DNA of 64,000 nt from Podarcis cretensis (Eukaryota). The notes beneath the pieces were generated by a model. That model saw nothing but the letters and a program-made list of their open reading frames with translations. It had not been told where the DNA came from and searched no databases. The stretch lies in NCBI GenBank assembly GCA_951804945.1, contig OX638149.1, forward strand, positions 63,302,001 to 63,366,000. Reading direction: 5' to 3'. Position numbers and translations under genes: made by a program. Each line of letters opens with the position of its first letter. Within the stretch, counting starts at the first letter, position 1. Of the stretch, positions 14,757 to 27,600 are shown in pieces.

Positions 14757-17029
14757 TATTGTGCAATTCGTGATCTACCAATCTGAATGAAGCCCATTAG
14801 CCTGGCACTGTGCTTGGCTGCTTTCTTGACAAGCCCCTTGTCCAGAAATGCAGCAAAAAAATGCAAAAAAGATAGGTCTGATGAGCCCATAGAGGGAGAC
14901 CAAAGATTGTTGGTGTGATTTGTGAAGCTTATTGGATGGTTCCACAGCATTGCAGGAACAGAGCTGATCTCTCCTGCCCCATTTTAAAATGCCATTCCAA
15001 CACAGAGCTGCTGAGATTTTCAGATCACAGCTCCTGCTATTTTCATTCCTGCAAGTCCTGCAAATCATCCTCATGGTCTTCCCTGGCTTTTCCTGCCCAT
15101 CCTGGCCCTCTTTAGCAGCTGACCAATCTGTCAGGGCAGCCCAAGACCCTTATCCAGATCATCCAATGGCTGTCAGGGGCTTTACCTCCATCATACATTC
15201 TTCTTTTTCAAGGTACAAACTACACATCTCTGCACAAAAGCTTCTTTTCATTCCCCTTTCCCTTTTAAGCACGAGTTGTTGCTTAATGTCTTAATTGGCC
15301 TAGATATGACTTTGTGCTTTGATCTGGCATGCAGTCTTTGGTCTTTTTTCTACTAATCTTTCAGAGGAGCCCTTGAAGAATATATTAAACACCAAATGTC
15401 AGGTAATGGATTCTGTTTGTCTGGTTTTATTTGATTGGACACCACGAGACCATGACAAAAATAATATTCTTTTTAATCTTTACCATACTGTGAAGCTCTG
15501 AGTGACTGAAAGTGCTCGCCTGCACATTTTCTGTGTTTGTTAACTTATTTATTTTTAAAAAAGCTCTTTCTGCTTCCAAAATACTGTGTATTTTTAAAAA
15601 CTTTAGCCTGTTTCCCCTTAAATAGTATTCACAGTATGAGAATCACATGAAAGGCAATTCATAAGATAAAAAATTTAAAAAGATAAAACATTAATTCAGT
15701 TCAGGCACCAAGAAAGCAAAGCCTTGCATGATTGCAGTTTTCATTTCAATTAATTTGGGGCATTGCGTAACTACTGAAGGACATGATGATGCAAACATAT
15801 ATAGCATCACTTAATTTGGATGCAGTTCTTCTCACACAGATCCATACTGCTGAGAATAACAGAGCTGAACTTGATGGATACGTGAGAGACAACTTAGAGT
15901 TTAAGACTGATGGAAAGTACTGGGCATTATGAAAAAGAACAAAAATGTATGTGGTAATTGTGGGGGTACTTAATGTAGTACTCCCCGCCTCCTGGTGGAT
16001 TTTCCTCTCTTCAAAAAATGTTTTTAAGGGAAAACTAATGAAAAAAGCATGATTGAACCAAAATTAAACACTTTTGAGTCTCACTGCAGACCAAAGATGC
16101 TTGGGTGGGCTTTGTGCATCTGACTGGGAAGTTGTGTTTCTGTCCCCATTTTTAAATGCCATTTCAACATAAGTCAATGCTGCTGAGATTCACATATCTG
16201 TTCCTGCTACTGAAGAGTTATAAACAAAGTTTGGCTTTCTTTTATTAAATCAGTCTGACGGAATTGTGCCCACAGTGTGGGGAAGAATGTCCAGGAGAGA
16301 TAGGTTTAGAAGATTGATTTAGCCTTTGCAAGAATGATGAAACTAGGATTTCACCTGGAAGAAAAGAAAAGAAATCCCCGTGCCAGTAGACTGAGTGATG
16401 CATTCAATAGTGTTTGTAATTGGGCAGCACAACTGAATTATCACCACGGAAACTCAGACTCTCAAAAAGATCAAGGTCAAAGGAGGCAGTATGTAACACT
16501 GTGTAGAATCTGAGTTCTTTATGCCTTTCATTTGGGGGCTGTTCTGTTATTAACTTTCAGTTTCCATTATATCTGGAAGAAAGATCACCATCCCATAAGA
16601 AGACCTCAGGAATCTTTATAACCAAGCATTCCTCTTCCTCAGCAGTCATACCAATTCCATCTCTCCTCGAGAAGAGATGGAGGAGGAATTAGAGTAGTCT
16701 AGCAGTGCACCAACCTGATCCTACACAAAAACTTGCTTGTGCAGCACCCAGCAGGATCATATACACTTCTCTGAATTTTGCGATTCAGTTTGAATGTGCA
16801 AAAGGTATTCTCAAAAATACAAAAAAGTGTAAAGAAAAATGCATACAAAGTGCCAGTTTTACAAATGAATGCATTCAAATGCATATCTTATGTCACAGTG
16901 TGCAATTTCTGTAAAATTTGTGTACAATTTTAATGTAGATTTTTTGTGTATTATTTTTTTTAAATCCACATGAAACAAGACAGATGTGCTGTTCCACTTG
17001 TGCAAAAGACTTCCCTTGTTTAGGGAAGA

Positions 17030-17135
17030 TTTTAATATTTGATGCATTTCTGTATTATTTGATGCATTTCTGTATTGTTGGAAGTTGCTCAGAGTGGCTG
17101 GGGAAACCCAGCCAGATGGGTGGGGTATAAATAAA
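17030..17135 (+). mobile_element. Short L2 3' end
   Basis: Contains CAGAGTGGCTGGGGAAACCCAGCCAGATGGGTGGGGTATAAATAAA. Confidence 0.75.
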
Positions 17136-17589
17136 TGATGTTGTTGTTGTTGATGATGATGAAGAAGAAGAAGTGGAATTTCCCATTCTTTTCTCCATTA
17201 CAGGCTCCTGCACATCTCCAAGTTTAGCTCTGGAGGATTGGGGGACCCCTTAAAGAGGGTTCTCAGAGTTCACAGTGGGAGGAGAGATAATGGAAATCCA
17301 CTGGCCCTGCTTGGAATACAACTCGGAACTGATAATTGAGTTCCAGCGAAACTGAAATGGGATGAAATTAGTTCCATCCCTAACCTAACCCTAACAAGTT
17401 CAGTACCTTGGATAACACTCTGCACATGGTTCTTGGAATAAAGGGTAGAATTAATGGCTTCAGTTATTTCCTCTCCTTGCTTTTAATCGTATATATCAGA
17501 GGATGAACATTCATTGCTCGTAAATAAATATTCCTGACACAATTTCTCCAGCATATAATGTGAAACAAGATGCTTGCTGTTATAGATGC

Positions 17590-17890
17590 ATCTTTCAACC
17601 TGGACACTGAGGTCTAGCGCAGAGGGCCTTCTGGCGGTTCCCTCATTGTGAGAAGCAAAGTTACAGGGAACCAGACAGAGGGCCTTCTCGGTAGTGGTGC
17701 CGCCCTGTGGAACGCCCTCCCATCAGATGTCAAAGAAATAAACAACTATGTGACATTTAGAAGACATCTGAAGGCAGCCCTGTTTTGGGAAGTTTTTAAT
17801 GACTGATGTTTTAATGTATTTTGAATCTTTTGTTGGAAGCCACCCAGAGTGGCTGGGGAAAACCAGCCCAATGGGGGGGGGGAATAATAA
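17590..17890 (+). mobile_element. L2 LINE 3' end
   Basis: Encodes RAFSVVVPALWNALP...FRRHLKAALF and has the 3' motif CCCAGAGTGGCTGGGGAAAACCAGCC. Followed by a (CAT)n tail. Confidence 0.85.
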
Positions 17891-17892
17891 AT

Positions 17893-17893
17893 T

Positions 17894-17928
<35 letters not shown>
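17893..17928. repeat. (CAT)n microsatellite
   Basis: Seen directly. Confidence 0.98.
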
Positions 17929-18677
17929 TACTCTACCACTGTACACAGCGAGTATGCAGATGTGCTCAGAAGCCAGGTGGAGTTCTCATACACAAGGTCT
18001 CTCAAAGATTTGAAGGAATATTGTCATGAGGGAAAGTAATATCCTCCCACAATAAGACTGTATTATTAGTTTTTTTCCAGTTTTTTAATTGATTTTCCAA
18101 ATTTCAACCCAATCTCCATAAATTATTACAAATTAATACCAAATTAATACAATTTTGATTAAATGACTTCCCACTCGCCTTTGTTGATGCAACCTTAGCT
18201 TCTAATATTACTTCATTGAGTATTTTAAATTATCTCCAATTACAATCCATTACCCAAAACAATCCCTTAATTTTCAGCTGTATTCATAGCCATTCCCATT
18301 CATGTTGAAACATTATTTGAAGCATTACATACTTTTGTAAAACTTCAAGTGAAAATAGAATACTTCTTTTCCTTTCATTCTGTGTATGACAGTTCTGATA
18401 TAAGACCTTAATATATAATCTTCATTGGCCTTATCCTCTGCCATTTATATCAAACCTCACCATTTCTGAAGATGACCTTGAGCAGCATTCCTTTCTGAGT
18501 GCCTGTGGTGCTATTACTTTTGTTATTCAGTGCATGTGGTATTTGAGGGTGGCATTAATGCATTACCCTCTTGGTGCTGATAAATAATGGCAAGAAATAG
18601 TAACTTTCAGGCACCACCCATAAACAACCAGGCCTGGCTGTTAGGCCAAAGGTGGCTGAGGTGCTTCCATGCTGAAG

Positions 18678-18945
18678 AACATGAGAAGAACCCCGCTGGA
18701 TCAGTCAACAAGCCTAGCTACTCTAGTATGCTGTTTTCACAGTGGCCAACCAGATGTTGATGAAGACGTGGCTGCAACATTGCTCTCTCCGCATGCAATT
18801 CTTGGCCACTGGTATTTAGAGACATTCTGCCTGTGAGGATGGAGGGTATAGTAGTAATTGATAGCCTTATCCTCAATGAATTTGTGTTTTATAAGCAGTC
18901 CTAATTAGTGGCCATTCCTACCTCTTGTGGGGGCAGATTCCATAG
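18678..18945 (-). mobile_element. CR1-type LINE 3' end fragment
   Basis: Contains cacagtggccaaccagatg, the reverse complement of the plus-strand copies at about 3223-3243 and 49222-49240. Confidence 0.6.
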
Positions 18946-20437
18946 GGAGACCACCACGCTCTGCTCCCTGATTCAAACAGAGGGCTGCTGCAATTGCCCG
19001 AATGCCCTAAACGTGGGTGGATGCTTGAAGAATTTTCTCTTTGCAAATTGACTTGATCTGCACTTCCTGGACAAATGTTCAGATCGGGACTTGGAATCAG
19101 TATTCAGCAGCTCCCACAAATGTCAAATATCTCAATGCACTTCTCAGCTCAAAAAGCAAATCAACATATGTTTAGAAACGAGTGGGAGTTTTTTTATTAT
19201 TTAATAATTTTTGAAAGAGAGAGAAATATGTTTAGAATTCAGATGTGAACTTCATGGCAGGATTTTTATTTTGAATCACAGATTACTCTGGAAATGTGAT
19301 GTGGGGGAGGGACATATGGATGCAAAACTGCCACAGATTGGGGGGTGGGATGCTTTACTCACCCCTAGAGCACCTGTTACTATTACCAAACTAGTACGTA
19401 TACACAAGAGGGGGACAAATGGGAAGATGTCTGCTAACTCCACCATCCCTCATTGCTCTTGTTATTGCCTTCCAGCTCATGGAAGGTAAACCTACAGAGT
19501 GGACAGCCTTTTGCATCTGTGGAAGCTTCCTGCGGGTTGTAGAACCTGACTTCCCATGCCCCTAACATTAGCTGCCCCTGGTCAAGAAAAAGTAGCCGAA
19601 TCATTTGGTATTTCCCTGCCGCTATTGGCAAAATATGAATCTTCGCTTGGCTTTTCTAAATTTGTCAAGTTCTAGATCTCTTTTTACCACTAGCCCCATA
19701 CTTCCTTCCCAAGGGCGTACCAGTGCCTTGACTAGTACATTTATTAATTATATCATCTGCTATATCTGAAAGCATTAAAGTTATAATTGGGTATGTAGTT
19801 ACACACTGAAATTTCATAGTGAAATCAATGGGACTTGACCTGTGAACAAGACTGCAACGATAACCCTGAAAACGTATTGATTTCAAAGGATTTTGAACAG
19901 GCACAATTTCATCTCCAATAGTAGCTGCAATTTGCTTCAGAGAACCCTTATGTTTCTTTTTCATTCTCAATAGGCCTTAAGTGGAGGGGGCTTAATGACA
20001 TCAGGACACTCATGGACTCTCATGTTGTCTGAATGTGCAGGTGGGGGAGAATGATATAGTGACCTGGTGCATTGGCTGCAGGGCTTGATAATTTAGTTAC
20101 TTAAAATCTTTCTTTATTTGATAGATTCATATCCCAGCCTTCCTTCAAACAAGAGCAAGGGGTGGCTTCCAAGAAGGGTAATTAAATATCATTATCAAAC
20201 TAAAACAAGTATTAAAAACAACAAATCAAGGAATATGTAGTGGACACTGGAGCATTTATAGGAAGTCGCTGATTCCCTTCTGAGTGTGTTGAATGCTATT
20301 TTAGGGGCTCTAATGGCTTGCAGAAACATATTTCATATGCTTGAGGGGGCTACAATCTGAAAGGGAGCTTGTGTTGGTTTAGTCTGGGAATATGTGCAAA
20401 ATTGCACTAACTGATGGTATGTGTCTTGAGTTTTCCT

Positions 20438-21194
20438 CTTTTTTAAAAATAATATTTATTCAAATTTTAAAGGTTACAAAAAGAAAAAGAAAAGTAAAAA
20501 AGACAGAAAAAAGATCTCCTTGACCTCCTCACACCTCCCATTTTTGTATTCTAATTCAAATTATTGTTTCAGCAAATCCTTCCAACCTTGTTTTTATCTT
20601 AATAAAGGTAAAGGTAAAGGTACCCCTGCCCGTACGGGCCAGTCTTGACAGACTCTGGGGTTGTGCGCCCATCTCACTCAAGAGGCCAGGGGCCAGCGCT
20701 GTCCGGAGACACTTCCGGGTCACGTGGCCAGCGTGACATCGCTGCTCTGGCGAGCCAGAGCCGCACACGGAAACACCGTTTACCTTCCCGCTAGTAAGCG
20801 GTCCCTATTTATCTACTTGCACCTGGGGGTGCTTTCGAACTGCTAGGTTGGCAGGCGCTGGGACCGAGCAGCGGGAGCACACCCCGCCACGGGGATTCGA
20901 ACCGCGACCTTTCGATCGGCAAGCCCTAGGCGCTGAGGCTTTTACCCACAGCGCCACCCGCATCCCTTTTTATCTTAATAATTTGTCTTAATATACTATG
21001 ATTTTACATTCTCTCTTTCACCCATTCATTCTTACTTAATCCTTTATGTCCTTTCTGCCAAAACCACATAATTTTCATTTTCCAACATCTTTCTAACAAT
21101 CCTTAATTTTACAATATTTTTGAAGATAAACTTTAAATTTTTTCCAATCTTCTTCCACCGACTCTTCTCCTTGGTCCCGGATTCTGCCAGTCAA
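20438..21194 (-). mobile_element. 5'-truncated L1/Tx1-clade LINE 3' end
   Basis: ORF2-like C-terminus LTGRIRDQGEESVEEDWKKFKVYLQKYCK followed by a 3' UTR with AATAAA and an A-rich tail. The 17-bp TSD GTGTCTTGAGTTTTCCT is at 20421-20437 and 21195-21211. Interrupted by a Sauria SINE. Confidence 0.8.
20606..20966 (-). mobile_element. Sauria SINE (young, CpG-rich), nested in an L1 remnant
   Basis: A-box region GGTGGCGCTGTGG, B box GGTTCGAATCC and an (ACCTTT)n tail. The 15-bp TSD TTTTTATCTTAATAA is at 20591-20605 and 20967-20981. Confidence 0.95.
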
Positions 21195-21383
21195 GTGTCT
21201 TGAGTTTTCCTTTCCCCACACCTGATTTCTGTTCAGGGTTAAAACTTGGATCTCTGTATAGCTGTATCTCTTCATGTTAACCTCTAAAACCAGGTTACTG
21301 TACTTAGTAGTGTAGTTTATCATGCATCCACATCTCTTAACTTCATGTACATAGTGTTTTTGAACTGTTTAAGAGTTGCCATA

Positions 21384-21591
21384 AAGTCGTACCTTGGAAG
21401 TCAAAAGGAATCCGTTCCAGAAGTCCATTCAACTTCGAAAAGCTCCTGCAGCCAACCAGAAGCCGTGGAAGTCCCATCGGACATTTGGGTCCAAAGAACG
21501 TTCACAAACTGGAACAATCACTTCTGGGTTTGCAGCTTTCAGGAGCCAAAACATCTGAGTACCAAGGCGTTCGGGATCCAATGTACGACTG
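21384..21591. mobile_element. Tc1/mariner-type MITE
   Basis: Degenerate TIRs (A)AGTCGTACCTTGG / CCAATGTACGACTG with TA/CA flanks. Confidence 0.75.
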
Positions 21592-23856
21592 CATTTCAAA
21601 AAGTATGTCTTGAGGCAGTAAAACATTTTACACTGAACTGTGTGGGCAAGGAGTTTTCTTCACTGTCAACACTGGAAAGCTGACAACTGGAAATGGAGAA
21701 GACTCTGAAGGGACCGCAAAAGGAACGGCTCTATGTGGCTCACTTTATATTTTTCTGAGCAGTGGCTGTGTTATGCTGCTTTGACAAATGATATTTTATT
21801 ACACAAATGTTTCCCTTTCCCTTAAACTTTTGCTCTCTCAAGGATTGTACAAATGCAAGACAAAATTGAATGGCATTTCTTTAAACATGATGACAACTCT
21901 TTCACCCTATAATTATGATGTAATGTGGAGCAGGTTAGAAGCTAAACTTCATCTCGTTTGTATTTTCACAAAGTAAATAACTTCATGGAGTCAGTCAAAT
22001 TATACTGTAATACTTATACTGTTGTAATGGAGGTATAATGGGATTCTGCTGTTTTGAGGAACTATTGGTTAAGCAATAGCCTGAATAATTCACTGTTAAA
22101 TTGGCTTTGGAATATTACTTCACAGACATAAGTAGCTTGTTTTGTAAATGACCTAGAACAGTCTTTACCTCCTCAAATTCCAAAATCCATTGAAAATAAA
22201 AAGTGACAATGCTGGTCTATTATTCAGATTTATTTTACTTTTTTTTCTTTCTCCAGTTATGTAATCAGAAAATTAAGGATAAACCAAGGCTTCTTCCTTC
22301 TCCCTTCCCTTTCTCCCCTTGTGTTTCAGAGCTTAATTCCTGGCCTGGGTCCCCATTTATTAGCCTGGTCAGTTATCCCCTATTAACCAGAGTTCCCTGG
22401 TTTGGACATAAGGGGAACTCTGGCTTAATACAAGCCAGGAATGAACAGCTGAAGCTGGCATACTAGAGTAGGAGAGCAGAATTGCAAGCCCAGTACTTGT
22501 TCCTGTCTTCATAAACCATTGTTTATGAACCTGGGAAGATGGTCCAAACCAGCTCATTATGGAAAGATATGTGATTTCTGTTGAAAACTACAGCTCCACA
22601 CAGAAGAAGGAAATGTATGCTTACTCCCAGAGTTTTCTCATGCTCTTCTAGTGAAGCACAGCAAGGAACCTTGGAATGTGATCTACATGTTGTCTTTTTG
22701 CTACATAATTGCTATCAGGAGAACGACAAGTGGGAGAGATAGAACCCCCTTTTAAAGCTCCAGTCCTGTATGAGCTGTGATGTGTTGTTTCATTCTAAGA
22801 TTCTTTATTTGCAGATTCAAGGCCCTAGAGTTGTAAAATTCAAAGTTGGTGCTCTGCTGGGTCTTCTATTAACATCGTTGCTGAACTTACACAAGGTTCT
22901 CCTGGACGGGAAACACCAAGCAAAATCTTGCAATGCATGTTCACATGAGTTGTCCCCATATGCACCATAATGTCAATAAGCAAGTACAAAAAGTCGATTC
23001 ATAGACCATTATATAGAATGATACGAATGGAACATTTCCAGAAAAACTAGTCCAGTTTAATAGCTTAAAACAACACAGAAGAGAAAACAACATCTAACAG
23101 AGAGATAAAGGTCACAGTACCAGGGATGCTGAACGGAGGTCATATGCATTCCACTTCTATCAGAAGATGTATCCACTTAGTTAAATGGTCACCCAAATGA
23201 CAATAATGATGCAGATGAAGATGCACATTTAGATTTGCATCTCTGCATTGTTGTTGGTCTACTTTCACAAGTTAATCTCTATGCTGGACCTGGAATTCTG
23301 TATTTTCTAGCACAGCAGTGGACACATAGCCTTTATGTTGTTTCCCTAATTTTTACAAAGGGGGAAAGGTGTATATATAATTCATACTAGAAGTGCAAAT
23401 ATTAGCCCCTTACAAGTGTCTTTCATAGGAGTATATTTGTTTACCACACCTTATCAGGGAGCAAACCTGCAGCTATTTCCAAGGGTTTGATTTACTGTTC
23501 TACTATATCTTTTCATAAAGCTAGGTTTAGGATTGCTACATTATTCATGCCTCAGGCTTCATCTGAAACAAGTAGCATATCCTGGTAAGTAAATAACATA
23601 ACCTGACTGATGGTTTACCGCTTTGCCAAAAGGCGAGGTATAAAAGAAAAACTTACACTGTGTACGATCAAGGAAATTTTACTCCATAGATTATAGGTGT
23701 CTTTAAAAAATTACAAAAGGAACAGATTGTTAGAGATAAATGATCAACTCTTTAATAAGGGAACAGAATTGCAAAGTACAGAGTTTGACAGGGTGTTCTT
23801 CAAGCGAAGTTAAGTTACGAGGCAATTTGAACTGTCTCTGTAATTGTAAGCTAAAT

Positions 23857-23870
23857 CCACCAGATGGCAT
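23857..23870 (+). promoter_or_regulatory. Candidate CTCF site
   Basis: CCACCAGATGGCAT matches the CCAYYAGRKGGCR core and lies in sequence with no recognisable repeat. Confidence 0.35.
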
Positions 23871-24185
23871 AAGGAAATGAATGTCATTAACTGCACATGT
23901 CCCCTGTTCTGGGTTTAGTCCAAACTAAACAACTGACACTAGCATACAGAAAGAAGAAAAGCTTTATTACACCAAAGGGAAATAAAACAGGAATAAAAGA
24001 TGGCCCTCGTAATTAAAATCTAGGACTGGATCAGATGAAATACTTGGCTCATAAGTCATAGGGTAGCATTTGGGAGTTTGTGTGTTTGTTTGATTTTTTT
24101 AGATGGAAGATGTATTCAAATGGGGCATTTAAAAAGTTTTATAAAATTATGGAAGATATGGAGAGAATGAAAAGAGAGGCTTTTA

Positions 24186-24697
24186 CAGTGGTACCTTGCT
24201 TCTTAAATGCCTTAGTACTCAAGCAACTTGGAACCCAAACACTGCAAACCTGGAAGTAAGTGTTCCGGTTTGTGGACTGTTTTCAGAAGCCAAATGTGCT
24301 CCGTTTTTAGTGTTACACTTCCGATTTGAGTGCCACACTTCTGATTTGAGTGCTACACTTCCGATTTGAGTGTTATGCTGAGGTCTGTCTGTTTTTGCTA
24401 TTTATTTTGCGTTTTTGTTTTTTCAGCTCTTTTGTTTTTGTGACTGTGTAGAACCCAGTTCAGCTACTGATGGATTGATCGTGTGACTGCAGCATATTGT
24501 TTAGTGTTTTCATTTTATGGGTCAATGGTCTCGTTAGATAGTAAAATCCATGTTAAATCGCTGTTTTAGGGGTTGTTTGGAATGGATTAATCCATTTTGC
24601 ATTACTTTCTATGGGAAAGCACAACTTGGTTTTGAAACACTTTGGTTTTGGAACAGACTTCCGGAACAGATTAAGTTTGAGAACCAAGGTACCACTG
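24186..24697. mobile_element. Tc1/mariner (Tigger-like) MITE
   Basis: TIRs CAGTGGTACCTTG / CAAGGTACCACTG with TA on both sides. Internal ~20-bp tandem repeat (ACACTTCCGATTTGAGTG..) at about 24305-24375. Confidence 0.9.
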
Positions 24698-27600
24698 TAT
24701 TCCCCCACCCCCCAGATTATCTAGTGAGGAAGACCATCAGTAGCTTCGGGGGTGAACAAAAGGAAGAAATATTTCAGGTAACTAGAGCCTTCCCCAACCT
24801 GGTCCCCTCTACATGCTTTGGGCTACAACGCCATTGTCCCAGACCACTGGCCCTGCTGGCTGGGGCTGATGGGAATTGGAGTAACTTAGTTTGCAATGGA
24901 CCCAAATCTGTGCGACTGAGCTCCTGTTGCCAAGATGCTTCTCCAAGGAATTAGGTGGATTGACTTGGGCTTGGTGGAAGGAAAGGAATAACACATATCT
25001 CCAAGGACTTTTGGTGCAATAGCGCATATCACCAAGAACTTCTATAATAATTAATGAGAACCCTCTGTCCCCACAGAAGCCCTTCTGAGCCTGAGTTTAG
25101 CAACAAAACAACTTTGCAAAATTGTATTATTCTTTCAATTACTAAAATAGTTGTGTGATTTCTTTGGCAGATACATGGCATATTATACAGACGATGAACT
25201 TTTATTTTTGAAGCACTGGAGTGTGGCTTTGTGAACAGCATTATGAGCTTTGAGGGGGGAGGCGCAGCCACAGCAGCATTTGATATATAAATAAAGTTGG
25301 CCTACACAGTGAAGGGATGTTCTATTGGAATTCCCCCCCCCCCCCCCGGAATAAATAGAACCCTGAGCCTGTAGGATCAAAATATGCTAAGATCCATCAT
25401 TGTTCCATTATTAAACAGACTATGTCACTAAAGGCGCTCCTGGAGTGCGCTTATGCATCGCTACAACTCTGGTGTTAAATATTTGCACCCACACTTCTAT
25501 GTAACTAAAGATGATGAGTAATAATAATAATTATAATAAATCAGGTTTGAGGTGGGGGGCAGAAGCACCACTTCCTTTACATAGCTTGCTGGAACGAACA
25601 AGGAAATACTAAGGAACTGAAATTACAAGGGGAAATTAATGGTGACAAACTCATTTTGCATCATAAAAGTTGGCTTAATTGTTCCCAAGTCCACTAGAAA
25701 TCTGTTATACTGAAGTTCAAAGAGTGTGAATTCATCACTACTTTAGGTTTATGAGCAGTTAGCACCAGGCACTCGATATGAGGCCTTGCACACAGCTGTT
25801 ACATCTCTCTTGGTTCTTCTGCTGCTAAAGGCATCAAAAGGCCTCTTTCAGACTCCAGCAAAAGGCTGGTGAAGACCTGGTAAGGATAGATGTCATTAGG
25901 CCTTTGGCTTATAAATATCTCAAAAAGAAACACCTCAGAAAAATTGACCAACCTTCTGATACATCTTAGTTTGAACAGAGTTTGCATCATGATTATTTCA
26001 TTAAAGGCCCAGGAAGTTTGGTAAGGGGCACAATCTTTCTGATGGATACATAACTAGTGACAACTAGCACACCAGAATTTCTCAGTGTCCTTTTGTGCCA
26101 TTTAGAATGGTTTTTATAATTGCTTCCCTTTCCTGTTTTTCTTTTCTTTTTTGCCTAAAGAGCAAAATTTAAAACAATCTATGTAACTAATCCAGAGGTT
26201 TGCTTTTAGGAAGTCCTTGGAAGGGACTGAAGGGAATTTGGTTTCTTTTATGTCCCGGTATCTTTGTGCTTGCTCAGGCTGCTGCATCCATGTGGCTGTT
26301 TATTCCATTTTCAGAACTTTCCCCTAACAGTTAAGTTCTGCATTCTATTTGAGTTTTCACAGGATGTTCAATATAGTGGAATGTTGTGAAAGTTTGGTGG
26401 TCATTTTCATGTTATTTGCTTCCAGGAAAAAAATCTGGAAGTTTGCAAATGATTTAGAAATAAGTGCTAAGCTTGCAATATAGTCTACCATTGATCTGCT
26501 ATATTGCACTATAGTTCTGGAAGTGGCATTTACATTGTGTGAATGCTCAAATTTGAAGAAAATTTTAAAATAAGCTGCCATGTAGATGCAGCCTTAAACT
26601 TTTACTGATGTCCACATGCTTCTTTATATCAGGAGATGTGGGGAGCCTCAAGCCCAGGGTCTGATTGTGGTCCCCTTGGCCTCCATTGTCCATCCCTTGG
26701 GACTCTCTTGAGGCCATGCTCTTTTGCAATGCCATGTCCCGTCTCCCTTGGTCACACTTCTCACCAGTTCTGCTCCTGTGATGATGCTTACCTGGATGGA
26801 GAGGTGTGCATGTGTGGAAACCTGACATTTGTGTGGTTAGAATGTAGCCTACTGTAAAGACAAGAGTCATATCCATTGCCCTGCCCATTGCCTCAGATCC
26901 CGCCTATCTTGAGCATGTCACCTCTTGAAGGTTTGCCTATGTATTCCTTGGGAGTTGAAAAGGGTTATCCACCCCTTTTTAATATGGTAGGCCTTGCCTT
27001 CGGGGCAAAGGCTTCTAATGGCCACAGCATCTTTGGGAAAGCCTCTTCCAGTTGCCTAGATATGGCTGGGACATGGCTTCTTGCCTACCCTGGAGATCCT
27101 TCTCACTCACCACTGCTCAGTCATCCTGACTGCTTGTGGATTCTTCTTCTGGCACCTTGTTCAGAGCCAGACTTGAAGGTTAGAGTTGGGCTTCATGGAA
27201 AAAAAAATATGATAGCTTGTTTTAAAAAAGAACAAAAAATTGAAATGAAAGTGGGGGGGAATACAACATTTCAGTCAGAGGGACAATCCAGAACAAAAGT
27301 CAGCAAACCCCCCCCCCCCACTAATACTAATATTTCTGGTAAGTAAGCAAGGAGATTACATGAATTGTTGAGCTGAGTAGAGAACAGAGAATATTTCTGG
27401 CTGAAGGAGAAAGATTATGGGAAAGAGTAGCAGAAGTAGATGGTAGAAAGAGCCATCTGAAATAAAACAGGATAAAATGAACAGGGAATGGAGACAAGCA
27501 ACTCAGAACACAATTGTTGGAAATGGACCTAAAATATATACAATAGAAGGTTGCTCCAAATATACTACTTCTTGATCAGATTGATCAAGAGCAAGGCTCA

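Noticed and set aside
17378-17396. Interstitial telomeric repeat (CCCTAA)
   Set aside because: Only about three imperfect units.
17746-18039. Poly-His/Ser/Met ORFs (likewise the Lys/Arg-rich ORFs at 58278-58554 and 62082-62526)
   Set aside because: These are translations of microsatellites.
24305-24375. Short direct repeats superficially like a CRISPR array
   Set aside because: Head-to-tail ~20-bp tandem units with no spacers, inside a MITE, in a eukaryote.
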